Source: an uncultured Lachnospiraceae bacterium
Lineage (GTDB): Bacteria; Bacillota; Clostridia; Lachnospirales; Lachnospiraceae
Assembly (NCBI GenBank): GCA_902780385.1
Contig: CACZFF010000015.1
Span: forward strand, 4,802-68,801
Direction of reading: 5' to 3'
DNA length: 64,000 nt
How positions within the stretch are numbered: the stretch's first letter is position 1; every line of letters begins with the position of its first letter. The position numbers and the translations under genes were made by a program. Positions 52,941-63,493 of this stretch are shown here, piece by piece. The notes beneath the pieces are model-generated. The model saw nothing but the letters and a program-made list of their open reading frames with translations. It was not told the origin of the DNA and did not search any database.

Positions 52941-55052
52941 ATGTGTGGAATATGCGGATTTACCGGAGATCTTGCCGGATGGAACTTGGAAAAGAATACA
53001 AGTGCAGATGCGGCGCTGCTCAGCAGGTCGTCACAGAACACAAAAGTGAAAATCACCGGACACCCGGAGAATGAGGAGGGACGCAGGCAGGTCCTGACCA
53101 ACATGATGAACCGGATCATTCACCGCGGACCTGATGGTGCGGGGCAGTATATCGACAGCGGGATTTCGATGGGATTCCGCCGTCTGTCGATCATCGACCT
53201 CAAGGGAGGTGACCAGCCTATGGCGACGGCTGACGGGAGCAGGGTCATCACCTTCAACGGCGAGATATACAACTACCGTGAGCTTCGCGAGGACCTGAAG
53301 ATCAAGGGACATACCTTCCTGACAAACTCGGACACTGAGGTGCTGCTGCATGGCTACACCGAATATGGCCCCAGGATCCTGAACCGGCTCCGCGGCATGT
53401 TCGCCTTTGTGATCTGGGACGCACGCCGCAGGGAGCTTTTCGGCGCCCGGGACATGTTCGGGATCAAGCCGTTTTACTATGCGGAAATCGAAGGTAACTT
53501 TGTCTACGGCTCCGAGATCAAGAGCATACTGGAGTATCCCGGATATGACCGCCAGGTCAATCTGCAGGCACTGGAGCAGTACATGTCCTTCCAGTATTCT
53601 GTACTGCCGGAGACTTTTTTCAGAGGTATCTACAGACTGCCGGCCGGCCATTACATGGTCTGGAAAAACGGAAAGCTCAAAATCCACAGATATTTTGACC
53701 CCATGCTGACCCCCCGTCCGGTCGGAAAAAAGAGGAGCATTGGGACAGCTGCGGCATCTGATAAAAACGATGGCAGAAACAGGGCAGATAATGCCGGACA
53801 GACCGACGAAAGGAAGAGCGCGGATCACGCGCACAAGAGGCTGGTCAACCAGATCGACCGCGCGGTGCAGGAATCCATTATGTATCATATGGTAAGCGAT
53901 GTGGAGGTTGCCTCCCTTTTGTCCAGCGGTGTGGATTCTTCCTATGTGGCGGCCAATTTCGGCGGAGCCAAGACCTTTACAGTCGGTTTCGATTACGAGA
54001 CTTACAATGAGATCCCCTACGCGGAAGCCCTCTCCAAAGAGGTCGGGATCGAGAATTACAGCAAGATCATTACGACAAAGGAATACTGGGAGGAATTCCC
54101 CAGGATCCAGTATTTTATGGATGAGCCTCTGGCGGATGCCTCTGCGGCAGCCCTCTATTTTGTCGACCGCGAGGCGTCGAAGCACGTCAAGGTCATTCTC
54201 TCAGGTGAGGGCTCTGACGAACTTTTCGGCGGCTATGTGATTTATCATGAACCGCTCTCCCTCGACGCATACCAGAAGATTCCGAAGGTCCTGCGCAGGG
54301 CGGCGGCCAGTGTGGTCTCCAGGATTCCCGGCCACCCCAAGGGCAAGGGATTTATCATGCGAGGCTCCAAGTCCGTTGAGGAACGATTTATCGGGAATGC
54401 CAATGTTTTTACCGTGAAGCAGAGGAACAAGGTGCTCCGCCATACTTCCCCTCATTCGGATCCCAAATACTTGACCGCTCCTTTTTACAAAAGAGTGAAG
54501 GATCTGACGGATACGGAAAAAATGCAGTACATCGACCTCAACTTCTGGCTGCAGGGAGATATCCTGCTCAAAGCGGACAAGATGAGCATGGCGCACGGTC
54601 TGGAGAGCCGGGTCCCCTTCCTGGACCGCGGTGTATATATGGTCGCAAAGGATCTTCCTCTGGAAGAAAAGATCAGCGATACCAATACCAAGACCGCTTT
54701 TCGTGAGGCGGCTCACCGCTATATGCCCGCGGCGGCTGCCGAGAAGAAGAAGCTCGGCTTCCCGGTGCCCATCCGTATCTGGCTGCGCCAGGATAAGTAT
54801 TATAATATTGTGAAAAAGGCTTTCTGCAGCAAAGAGGCAGAGATTTTCTTCCACACGGACGAGCTCATGAAGCTCCTCGATGCCCACCGCGCAGGAAAAG
54901 AAGATTACAGCCGTCACATCTGGAATGTCTATACCTTCCTGGTCTGGTACCGCCAGTACTTCGTGCCGGGTGCCTGCGCAGTCTCCCTGGAGGATGAACT
55001 TGCCATGGAGCACATGCATGAAGACAAAAACCACGAAGTGCTGAATGCATAG
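52941..55052 (+). CDS. asnB: asparagine synthase (glutamine-hydrolysing)
   Basis: Ntn start MCGICGF, HRGPD, PP-loop LLSSGVDSS, SGEGSDELFGGY. Extra low-complexity inserts near aa 10-50 and 255-295. Confidence 0.9.
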   Translation: MCGICGFTGDLAGWNLEKNTSADAALLSRSSQNTKVKITGHPENEEGRRQVLTNMMNRIIHRGPDGAGQYIDSGISMGFRRLSIIDLKGGDQPMATADGSRVITFNGEIYNYRELREDLKIKGHTFLTNSDTEVLLHGYTEYGPRILNRLRGMFAFVIWDARRRELFGARDMFGIKPFYYAEIEGNFVYGSEIKSILEYPGYDRQVNLQALEQYMSFQYSVLPETFFRGIYRLPAGHYMVWKNGKLKIHRYFDPMLTPRPVGKKRSIGTAAASDKNDGRNRADNAGQTDERKSADHAHKRLVNQIDRAVQESIMYHMVSDVEVASLLSSGVDSSYVAANFGGAKTFTVGFDYETYNEIPYAEALSKEVGIENYSKIITTKEYWEEFPRIQYFMDEPLADASAAALYFVDREASKHVKVILSGEGSDELFGGYVIYHEPLSLDAYQKIPKVLRRAAASVVSRIPGHPKGKGFIMRGSKSVEERFIGNANVFTVKQRNKVLRHTSPHSDPKYLTAPFYKRVKDLTDTEKMQYIDLNFWLQGDILLKADKMSMAHGLESRVPFLDRGVYMVAKDLPLEEKISDTNTKTAFREAAHRYMPAAAAEKKKLGFPVPIRIWLRQDKYYNIVKKAFCSKEAEIFFHTDELMKLLDAHRAGKEDYSRHIWNVYTFLVWYRQYFVPGACAVSLEDELAMEHMHEDKNHEVLNA

Positions 55053-55141
55053 GGTTGCCTTTTGCGGCTTTGTGTGGGAAAATTGAAGAGCATCGTGAAA
55101 GCATTTTTCTTCAGCAGCTTGCTTAGGCGGGGAGGACAGTT

Positions 55142-55270
55142 ATGGAATTTGGAGCTATCATTGGTCTTGCGGCATTCGGAGTTATGGCACTGATCGCAGT
55201 TATTGTGGGAATTATCGCAGCGGTTTCTACCGTTTCCGGTATTGATACCCGTGATAATGAAGGGGATTGA
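55142..55270 (+). CDS. small hydrophobic peptide (42 aa)
   Basis: MEFGAIIGLAAFGVMALIAVIVGIIAAVSTVSGIDTRDNEGD. GGGGAGG RBS 7 nt upstream. Below the ORF-track size cutoff. Confidence 0.4.
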   Translation: MEFGAIIGLAAFGVMALIAVIVGIIAAVSTVSGIDTRDNEGD

Positions 55271-55336
55271 TGCAGGATTGATGAAATAGAAGATAAAGAA
55301 TCCGGGTCATACAGGATTTTTATATCGTTTAATACG

Positions 55337-55375
55337 GACCGGTTTCCCCGGCAAACAGGGGAGCCGGTCTTTTTC
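55337..55375 (+). terminator. intrinsic terminator
   Basis: GACCGGTTTCCCC ... GGGGAGCCGGTC followed by TTTTT. Confidence 0.8.
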
Positions 55376-55403
55376 CTTGCTCTTTATGACGATCGGGTGT
55401 CCA

Positions 55404-55412
55404 TGGTATAAT
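55404..55412 (+). promoter_or_regulatory. extended -10 element TGGTATAAT upstream of the nuclease gene
   Basis: TG at 55404-55405 and TATAAT at 55407-55412. Confidence 0.5.
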
Positions 55413-55529
55413 AAGGGTGTAACCTTAACCACCTTTTGACCTTAACATCATAATAATGAATCGTACATCTGATGGTTTTTCCCGCACTCTGCGGGACAGC
55501 TTTTTGAGAGACGCCAAAGAGGCGGGCAT

Positions 55530-56810
55530 ATGAAAGTGTATAAAAGGATTGTGTGCCGAGTGCTGCCTGTGTTAATGGCGGTCTTTTTTGCTGCCGGCTG
55601 CAGGTCTTTATCAAATCCGGCACAGCCGGAACAGGCCGTTCCTGTAGAAACAGATACTGCAGAGACAGATTCTGTAAAACAAGAGACCGGGCAGGCAGAA
55701 GCGGGAGAAGCAGATACTGCAGATTCTGATTCTGCGAAATCGGATGCCGCACAGACAGAAGCGTCTAAAACAGAAACTGCGGAAGCGGTATTTGCAGAGG
55801 AAGGGTCTGCAGAAACGGATGATTCAAAGCTTCCTGTTCCGGGAATCCCGGATGCCTTTGACCCGGCCATGGTGCCGGAGTACAGCGGGAGCATCTGGGC
55901 GGATGTAAATGAGGATGTTCCGTTTTTTGACGAAAAGCAGATGGAGGCGGCCCGCCGGATGGCAGGGGCTTTATCTTTGCAGGACGGGCAGGGGTATTCC
56001 TACCAGGCTTATGGGGAACTGGATGCCCTGGGACGCTGTACAGGTGCCTGTGCGCTTGTGGGAACAGAGACGCTGCCGCAGGAAGGACGGGGAAATATAG
56101 GCATGATCAAGCCCACCGGCTGGCACACCGTAAAATACGACGGGATTGAGGGCAATTATCTGTATAACCGTTGTCATCTGATCGGCTTTCAGCTTACAGG
56201 GCAGGACGCAAACGAAAAAAACCTGATCACGGGGACTCGTTCCATGAATGTGGAAGGGATGCTGCCCTATGAGGATTCAGTTCTGGCCTATGTAAAGGGA
56301 ACCGGCAATCATGTGCTGTACCGTGTGACTCCTGTCTTTCGGGAAGACAATCTGCTTGCCGACGGAGTCCTGATGGAGGCAAGATCGGTAGAGGATCCCC
56401 TGGTCCAGTTCTGTGCTTTTTGCTATAACGTCCAGCCCGGCATAGAGATCGATTATGCGACAGGAGAGAGCTCGGGACCTGAATTTTCCGGGAATCACTC
56501 TTCTGAAAATGCGGCTTCAGGGCAGACCGGAAATACCGGGACCGTAATCGTCCGGAGCGGGATGGAGGGGACGGAAGCGGAAGAGAATGAGCAGGACAAG
56601 AGTGTACCGAACCGCTCAGCGGAGGGGGCGCAGGACCAGGCAGATATTGGAGAGTGGAAGTACATTATAAATGTAAGTTCCCGTAAATTTCATCGACCCG
56701 GCTGTGAATCCGTACAGAAAATGAGCCGGAAAAACAGGCAGGGATTTAATGGCTCCCGAGAGGAGCTGATCGAAATGGGGTATGTACCCTGCAAGAACTG
56801 CAATCCATAG
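55530..56810 (+). CDS. secreted DNA/RNA non-specific endonuclease (EndA/DNA-entry-nuclease-like) lipoprotein with C-terminal Ada-like Zn-binding module
   Basis: Lipobox FFAAGC. NRCHLIGFQLTGQDANEKNLITGTRSMN. C-terminal KFHRPGCESV...GYVPCKNCNP. Confidence 0.85.
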   Translation: MKVYKRIVCRVLPVLMAVFFAAGCRSLSNPAQPEQAVPVETDTAETDSVKQETGQAEAGEADTADSDSAKSDAAQTEASKTETAEAVFAEEGSAETDDSKLPVPGIPDAFDPAMVPEYSGSIWADVNEDVPFFDEKQMEAARRMAGALSLQDGQGYSYQAYGELDALGRCTGACALVGTETLPQEGRGNIGMIKPTGWHTVKYDGIEGNYLYNRCHLIGFQLTGQDANEKNLITGTRSMNVEGMLPYEDSVLAYVKGTGNHVLYRVTPVFREDNLLADGVLMEARSVEDPLVQFCAFCYNVQPGIEIDYATGESSGPEFSGNHSSENAASGQTGNTGTVIVRSGMEGTEAEENEQDKSVPNRSAEGAQDQADIGEWKYIINVSSRKFHRPGCESVQKMSRKNRQGFNGSREELIEMGYVPCKNCNP

Positions 56811-56828
56811 CAGAAAAGGAGAAAAAGA

Positions 56829-57362
56829 ATGAACGAACAGATGCTGGAAACTTTTTTAAACAGACGCAGTGTCCGCAGCTATACGGGGGAAGCTGTTCCC
56901 ATGGAAAAACTCAATCAGATCATCATGGCGGGGCTTTCTTCGGCATCCAGCAGGGCAGCGCGCCCCTGGGATCTGATCGTTGTGAGAGACAAGGATAAGC
57001 TGATCGAGATGTCCGGATGCCGCCTGAAGGGTTCTTCCCGCATGCTGGCAGGAGCGGATGTGGCTATTGTCGTGGTCGGTGATGAGGAGCGCTCCGATGT
57101 CTGGATCGAGGACTGCAGTGTGGTGATGGCCAATATGCATCTGATGGCATCTGCGCTGGGCGTAGGCAGCTGCTGGATCCAGGGCCGGGACCGCGAGGCG
57201 ATTGACGGGGAGACCACTGAGGATTTCCTGCGCCGGATTCTGCAGTTCCCCGCGGAATGCCGCCTCGAGGCGATCCTCTCTCTTGGGATGCCGGATGAAG
57301 AACTGCCGGGCAGAGCTCCGGAGAGCCTGCCTTTCAACAAGGTTCATATTAACAAGTATTGA
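56829..57362 (+). CDS. nitroreductase family protein
   Basis: RRSVRSYTGE, PWDLIVV, SCWIQG. Confidence 0.85.
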   Translation: MNEQMLETFLNRRSVRSYTGEAVPMEKLNQIIMAGLSSASSRAARPWDLIVVRDKDKLIEMSGCRLKGSSRMLAGADVAIVVVGDEERSDVWIEDCSVVMANMHLMASALGVGSCWIQGRDREAIDGETTEDFLRRILQFPAECRLEAILSLGMPDEELPGRAPESLPFNKVHINKY

Positions 57363-57516
57363 CGGCTTAATAGGTGTTGAACAGTCTTTTCAGATAACGG
57401 TCTTTTTTGATGAAAAAAACGGCAGCTGCCGGGAACATGGATGTTCTGCGGCAGCTGCCGGACCTGATACTGAGTTGTTTTGAAAAAAGGGTATTTAATT
57501 TTTTGAAAGAAAGGGA

Positions 57517-58293
57517 TTACTTCAGAGTCGCATCCAGGGCGTGCTCAAGAGCTTCCCAGTTCGCCAGAGAGTTCTTGTTTGAGGTGATACTCTTTGCGGC
57601 TTCGGCACAGCCGGCGTCTTCCAGGATCGGGCTGATCTCATCATAGGAGTCCAGGAGCAGGCTGGCATCGAAAGAGATGGTAGACCAGTTGGCCTTCAGG
57701 TTTTCCTTCTGGGAATCGGAGAGCCGGTTGACTTCTGCTTTGACAGTGTCGGCAAGGATCGCGGGATCCGCGTTGGCCGCATCGGCCTCGTTTGCCCACT
57801 GAAGGAGCAGGACGGCAGCTGTGGCGGCGCGAAGAGAACTGCCGGCAGACTGTCCCCATCCGGTACATTCCACGAGGGCTTCCGAAAGAACAGATTCTTT
57901 CAGTGCTGTGTCGGCTGTATCACGCCCGGGCAGGCCGTCTTCCATGGATTCAGCTGCAGCGGTTTCGGCTGCAGTGGAATCAGCGGCGGCGTTTTCCGCG
58001 GCTGCAGCAGATGCGTCTGCAGTTTCGGAAGCAGCAGCTGTGGCAGATGCCGCAGCATTGTCTGTTTCAGCGGAAGCAGCTGCACTTGTATCGGCTGCAG
58101 CGGAGGTCTCCGCGACAGTGGAGGCATCTGCAGGTACAGGAATCGCAGTGGTTACGGTTGTTGCCTGAGGGACATCCGAGGGGGCGGAACTGGTATGCGC
58201 TCCCCCTGAGCAGCCCGCAGCGGTTACGGCAATGGCGGCGGACAGAGCCATGGCAAAAGATCTGTGAAGAAGAGTATGATCGTGTTTAAACAA
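57517..58293 (-). CDS. hypothetical lipoprotein with Ala/Thr/Ser-rich linker
   Basis: Lipobox VTAAGCSG. Low-complexity AAA/ETS-rich region followed by a ~130-aa C-terminal domain of unknown family. Confidence 0.6.
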   Translation of the reverse strand: MFKHDHTLLHRSFAMALSAAIAVTAAGCSGGAHTSSAPSDVPQATTVTTAIPVPADASTVAETSAAADTSAAASAETDNAAASATAAASETADASAAAAENAAADSTAAETAAAESMEDGLPGRDTADTALKESVLSEALVECTGWGQSAGSSLRAATAAVLLLQWANEADAANADPAILADTVKAEVNRLSDSQKENLKANWSTISFDASLLLDSYDEISPILEDAGCAEAAKSITSNKNSLANWEALEHALDATLK

Positions 58294-58479
58294 AATAGTA
58301 TCCTTTCTACATTCAAACGAATATTCAACTGAATGGTCTGTTTCCGGTAAGCTTTTAATCTTTTACAATTTGATTGAATTCCATAATATCACAGTTTTGC
58401 CGGCTGTCTATGAGAATTCTGTGTAAAATCTATGTCGTTTTTTGTGCTGCAGTTTTACCCTGGCGGGAGAGATGATCAT

Positions 58480-59328
58480 ATGCTCAGAGGAAATTTTCAT
58501 ACACACACGATATTCTGCGACGGCAGAAATACGGCGCAGGAGATGGCGGAAAGGGCCGTGGAGATTGGTTTTACCCATCTGGGCTTTTCCGGGCATATGG
58601 ATTCGGAAATCAGGATGGAACTGAAGGAGTATAATAAGGAGATCAGCCGCCTGCAGAAGACCTTCCGCGGCAGGCTGGATATTCTGCGCGGCGCGGAACT
58701 GGATGTGCTCTTTCAGCCGCGGGATGAGGAGGAGGCCGGACTTCTGGAACAGATGGAATATCTGATCGGGTCCGTGCACTATGTGCAGGGTGCAGATGGA
58801 AATTTTTTTGCGGTGGATGACACAGCGGAGCGCCTGACAGAGGGCTGCAGAGAGCATTTCGGCGGTGATTATTATCGGCTTGCAAGGGCATATTATGACC
58901 TTGAGGCACAGGTCTGTGACAGGCTGCACTGCACTTTCATCGGTCATTTTGACCTGATCACGCGCTTCAACGATGACCTGCATTATCTGGACGAATCGGA
59001 TCCCCGCTATTACGGGCCTGCGCTGGAGGCCATGGAATATCTCATCTCAAAGGACATTCCCTTTGAGATCAACTGCGGGGCATATAACCGCGGCCGGAAG
59101 GCGGAGCTTTATCCGAACCGCTTCCTATTAAAAAACCTGCAGGAATTCGGCGGTGAGCTCCTGATCAACTCGGATGCTCATCAGAAGGAGCTTCTGGACG
59201 GCGGCTTTGACCATGCAGTGCGTACGGCCATTGACTGCGGATTTACACACACCAATTTCCTTGAACATGGGCCGGATGGAAAAATCGTATTCCGGCAGGT
59301 TCCGCTGGATGGGGAACTTTTTTCGTGA
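58480..59328 (+). CDS. histidinol-phosphatase, PHP (HisJ/HisK) family
   Basis: GNFHTHTIFCDG, GFSGH, GHFD, NSDAH metal ligands. Confidence 0.8.
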   Translation: MLRGNFHTHTIFCDGRNTAQEMAERAVEIGFTHLGFSGHMDSEIRMELKEYNKEISRLQKTFRGRLDILRGAELDVLFQPRDEEEAGLLEQMEYLIGSVHYVQGADGNFFAVDDTAERLTEGCREHFGGDYYRLARAYYDLEAQVCDRLHCTFIGHFDLITRFNDDLHYLDESDPRYYGPALEAMEYLISKDIPFEINCGAYNRGRKAELYPNRFLLKNLQEFGGELLINSDAHQKELLDGGFDHAVRTAIDCGFTHTNFLEHGPDGKIVFRQVPLDGELFS

Positions 59329-59399
59329 GGGAAAACGCAGTCTGTGAATTCTGTAAATAATGAAGGAATCTGAGAATCTGGGAGACACGCAGGAGTTTT

Positions 59400-61403
59400 A
59401 TGAGAAGAAAAGGATATTCTGCACTGCCGGTGGTCTTATGGATGACACTGGCACTGATCATCTGCGCAGTACTGTTCCGTGATGCGCAGACTACTGTTGA
59501 AGAGGAAGAGCCACCCGATCCCTGGCAGCTTGTGTCTGAGGAGACTGTTCTGAAGAGACCGGATGGTTTATCGGGAATTTTGTTTTCCGCTGAAGATGCC
59601 CTGATGACGGACGGGGGCTGGTTCGGGCTGGTCAAAAAAAAGGATACAGGTATCTTTTATGCCTATGTGCCCGCTGAGATGAACGGGCCGCTGCATGTGT
59701 TTTTTGACAGTGAGGGAAGCCTGAAGATCAAGGGAGACGATGTTTCCGGAACCTTTTCGTCCGGAGATGCCCTGCCGGTTTTTGCAGAAGGGAAAGAGTA
59801 TGCCTTCTCATATTCCTGGCCCGGCGATGAAGGCAAAGAAAAGGAGAGCGGGACCGCAGTCTTTTTATATACGGAGAATGTGCCGTCCATGTACATTGAT
59901 ACGGAGAGCGGCTCCATGGATGCGGTCGACAAAGACAAAAAGCACCGGACAGAGGAGATGGCATCTTATCGGATCTTTCAGACAGACGGGGCGCAGGATG
60001 CCAGCGGAACATGTGTGATCAAGGGAAGAGGCAACAGCACCTGGTCTCTGGCAAAGAAACCCTATAACCTGAAACTGGAGAATGAAAATTCTCTTCTGGG
60101 AATGGACAGCTGTTCCAAGCTTGCATTGATCGCGAATTTCTGGGACTCTTCCCAGACACGGCAGTATTATGCTTTCGAGATGGCTGAGAGGCTGGGACTT
60201 GCCTACACTCCGCAGACACGTCTTGTAAATGTATATCTCAACGGACGTTATCACAGTCTGTGCCTTCTCACGCAGAGGATCAATGCCAACGGCGGATCAG
60301 TACATGTCACAGACCTTGATGAAGAAAATGAAAAGATAAACAGCGGAGACGAAGATCCGGAGACGGTCGTCATGGATACCGATGAGGAGGGAAACGAGGC
60401 GATCGCCTATGCTTTCCGCAAGGAGCCCAAGGACATCACGGGCGGCTATATCATTGAGTTTGACAACCGCTACGAAAAAGAAGAGGTCTGGTTCAAGTCC
60501 GAGACGAGATACCTGGTTTTCAAATCCCCGCAGGCCCCTTCCGTGGGGGAATATAAATATATGTCCAACTATCTGCGTGAGGCGGAAAAAGCCCTTTTTG
60601 CAGGCGCCGTGCTCAATGACAAGGGAGAGGCAGCAGAGGACGAGATCGACCAAGAGGACGGTGTCAATCCCGATACAGGAAAAAACCTCTGGGAGTATTT
60701 TGACATGGATTCCTGGGCCCGCATGTATCTCGTGCAGGACTTTACCGTCCAGTCGGATGACGAATACTACAGTTTCTTTTTCTACAAAGCGGCAGGGGAT
60801 CCTCTCCTCTACTGCGGTCCGGTCTGGGATTTCGACCTGTGCCTGGGCAACATGAACTGCGGCGATTATTACAAGACTTCCGCACAGACTCTGTGGCTGC
60901 GGGACGGACGCAAGCGCTGGCTCCACAGGATGGAACAGTTTCCGGAGTTCCGGGAGCGTGTCGCGCAGATTTTCCTCGAGGAATTCGAGCCCATCATCCG
61001 GGACATCATGGAGAATGAATTCGAACAGAACGTGGACATGCTCGAAAAGGACACCAATCTCAACTACCTTCGCTGGGGCAAGGACCTGGTCTATCGGGAC
61101 CGCATTGATCTGGTCCGGACGCTGATCCGGGACCGCCTGGAGTTTATGCATGATTACTATTCCGACCCCGACAGCTACTGCAGACTGCTCTTCCATTTTT
61201 CATGGGGGGATTTTTCCTACTACGTGAAAGAGGGAGAATCCATGGGATTCATCCCGACCGCGGATTACGGGGAAAAACAGACGACCACCCTGCGTGAAGA
61301 GGACGGTCTGATCATCGGCTGGCAGGACACCGAAAACGGCGAATACCTGCAGGAATATACAGTCATCACCGGAAACCGCGAATTCGATCCTGTCTATGAA
61401 TAA
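59400..61403 (+). CDS. CotH kinase family protein, membrane anchored
   Basis: N-terminal TM segment. GRGNSTWSLAKKPYNLKL, GPVWDFDLCLGN. Confidence 0.85.
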   Translation: MRRKGYSALPVVLWMTLALIICAVLFRDAQTTVEEEEPPDPWQLVSEETVLKRPDGLSGILFSAEDALMTDGGWFGLVKKKDTGIFYAYVPAEMNGPLHVFFDSEGSLKIKGDDVSGTFSSGDALPVFAEGKEYAFSYSWPGDEGKEKESGTAVFLYTENVPSMYIDTESGSMDAVDKDKKHRTEEMASYRIFQTDGAQDASGTCVIKGRGNSTWSLAKKPYNLKLENENSLLGMDSCSKLALIANFWDSSQTRQYYAFEMAERLGLAYTPQTRLVNVYLNGRYHSLCLLTQRINANGGSVHVTDLDEENEKINSGDEDPETVVMDTDEEGNEAIAYAFRKEPKDITGGYIIEFDNRYEKEEVWFKSETRYLVFKSPQAPSVGEYKYMSNYLREAEKALFAGAVLNDKGEAAEDEIDQEDGVNPDTGKNLWEYFDMDSWARMYLVQDFTVQSDDEYYSFFFYKAAGDPLLYCGPVWDFDLCLGNMNCGDYYKTSAQTLWLRDGRKRWLHRMEQFPEFRERVAQIFLEEFEPIIRDIMENEFEQNVDMLEKDTNLNYLRWGKDLVYRDRIDLVRTLIRDRLEFMHDYYSDPDSYCRLLFHFSWGDFSYYVKEGESMGFIPTADYGEKQTTTLREEDGLIIGWQDTENGEYLQEYTVITGNREFDPVYE

Positions 61404-61603
61404 AAATAGAGTGTCAGGTGTCTGCAGACTTCTTAAGTTTTTAAAAGTGCATAAAGAGAAGCCATTATTCTATACAAATTCACATATGAGGGAAGCTATA
61501 ATATATCCTAAAGACGGATATATTTGAGTTTGTTTACAGGAATATTGAGAGTTTGCATTTTGAAGTGAATCCGAGTTTGAGACCGGAAAGGGGGAAACAG
61601 AGT

Positions 61604-62893
61604 ATGCATGACAGAAAGACACTGGCACAGGAGCTTGGTGCGGGCGCGCTTAACAGCAGAATTGAAGAGGTTTATGGCTGCACAGGGCAGGAGACAAATG
61701 ATTACGCAGAGCGTCTGGTAAGGGTGACGGAAGGTTTTGACAGTACTTTCCCTGAGAATGACACGGAAGAGCTCGGCCTGTACAGTGCACCCGGGCGTAC
61801 CGAGATCGGAGGCAACCACACTGACCATCAGTGCGGCTGTGTTCTGGCGGCAAGTGTGAATCTGGATGCTGTGGCAGCAGCTGCGCCCAACGGCAAAAAT
61901 GTGATCAGGTTCTTTTCTGAAGGATACGGAATGATCGAGGTTGACCTGGCGAGCACAGATCCTGTGGAATCCGAGAAGGAATCCACCGCATCCCTGATCC
62001 GGGGTATGGCGGCACAGGCACAGGCCCGCGGCTTTGCGGTCAGTGGATTTGACGCTTATTGCACCAGCAGCGTGCTGGGCGGCTCCGGACTTTCCTCCTC
62101 GGCAGCTTTCGAGACGCTGACAGGCGTCATCCTCAATGATTTTTATTGTGACAACACTTTTGACGCTGTGGAAATCGCCAAGATGGGCCAGAAAACCGAG
62201 AACAACTGGTTCGGAAAGCCCAGCGGCCTGATGGATCAGTCGGCATCTTCCGTCGGCGGTGTTGTAGCCATCGATTTTGCAGATGTGGAAAAGCCCGTCG
62301 TTGAGAAGATCGATCTCAATCTTGCAAAGGAGGGCTATGCGCTCTGTATCGTCGATTCCCGCTCCAGCCATGCGGATCTGACAGATGCCTATGCTTCCAT
62401 TCCTATGGAAATGAAGAGTGTTGCGGCACTTTTCGGCCAGGAATATCTTCGCGGCATCACAGTGCAGCAGCTCATGGAAAAGACCCCGCAGATCCGCGAG
62501 ACCTGCGGTGACCGCGCCTTCATGCGCGCCATGCACTTTGTGCTGGACAATGAGCGCGCACAGCAGGAGGCAGCAGCACTCCGCGCGGGTGACTTCTCCG
62601 GATTCCTGAAGCTTGTGAATGAATCCGGTCACTCCTCTTATGAGTATCTGCAGAACACAGCTGTGGAGGGAAGTGTCCGCAATCAGGCGGTCAATGTAGC
62701 CCTTGCACTGTGTGATGTGCTTCTCGGCGGCCGCGGTGCCCATCGTGTCCACGGCGGCGGTTTTGCCGGCACGGTACAGGCATTTGTGCCGCTCGACATG
62801 CTCGAGACCTTCCGCAGCGGCATCGATGCAGCCATCGGAGAGGGCAGCTGCCATGTACTTTCCATCAGACCCGTCGGAGGTGCTGTGCTGTAA
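61604..62893 (+). CDS. galK: galactokinase (GHMP family)
   Basis: APGRTEIGGNHTDHQ, GHMP motif GGSGLSSSAAF, HGGGFAGT. Confidence 0.85.
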   Translation: MHDRKTLAQELGAGALNSRIEEVYGCTGQETNDYAERLVRVTEGFDSTFPENDTEELGLYSAPGRTEIGGNHTDHQCGCVLAASVNLDAVAAAAPNGKNVIRFFSEGYGMIEVDLASTDPVESEKESTASLIRGMAAQAQARGFAVSGFDAYCTSSVLGGSGLSSSAAFETLTGVILNDFYCDNTFDAVEIAKMGQKTENNWFGKPSGLMDQSASSVGGVVAIDFADVEKPVVEKIDLNLAKEGYALCIVDSRSSHADLTDAYASIPMEMKSVAALFGQEYLRGITVQQLMEKTPQIRETCGDRAFMRAMHFVLDNERAQQEAAALRAGDFSGFLKLVNESGHSSYEYLQNTAVEGSVRNQAVNVALALCDVLLGGRGAHRVHGGGFAGTVQAFVPLDMLETFRSGIDAAIGEGSCHVLSIRPVGGAVL

Positions 62894-63010
62894 CTCTTGA
62901 GATAATGTACCGGGTAATGGTACTGAGCAAGGAAGCGGAAGGGCTGCCTGATATGCATGCAGATGCGGGTCTTTGGCCCCATGCATGAGACTTGATTCCC
63001 CGGAACTATA

Positions 63011-63127
63011 GAAAAACTGCTGTCCTTTGGCGGAAGTAAAAAAACTGCTGTCCTTTGGCGGAAGTAAAAAAACTGCTGCCCTTTGGCGGCAATAAAAAAC
63101 TGCTGCCCTTTGGCAGCAGTTTTTTTA
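63011..63127 (+). repeat. 29-bp tandem repeat x4; only the last copy completes a terminator hairpin
   Basis: AAAAACTGCTG(T/C)CCTTTGGCGG(A/C)A(G/A)TAA appears three times. The fourth copy is AAAACTGCTGCCCTTTGGCAGCAGTTTTTTT, a perfect hairpin followed by a T-run. Confidence 0.85.
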
Positions 63128-63493
63128 CCCTTCCGACCATGCCGTTCTCCGGATTGAATTCGGATCCGCATCAGAACGACTTCAGACGGATCAATAAACA
63201 GCGAGTCAAGCGGCTGCGAGTATGGTACAAGAATGGAGGTTTTGAGACAGTTGAGTCAAAACCCGGATTCATGTATAATTTTGTTTATATTTCCGGCATC
63301 CAGTTGAGTTTGGACGGGAAGCTCGCGCAGAAGCGCTTTGTATTTCGTTGATTTCATCGGAGAAAATACGTTCACTTTTTTCACCTTGGGGGTTCCAGTG
63401 TAAAAGAGTTACTGCACAGAGTTGGATTATAGATCTATATCTTAAATGCTGCAGTGCTGAAACTCCGGGAGATGTTAAAGAGAAGGGGCGAGA

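Noticed and set aside
63011-63127. CRISPR array.
   Set aside because: The repeats are contiguous with no spacers, there are only four copies and no cas genes. The unit is a degenerate terminator half.
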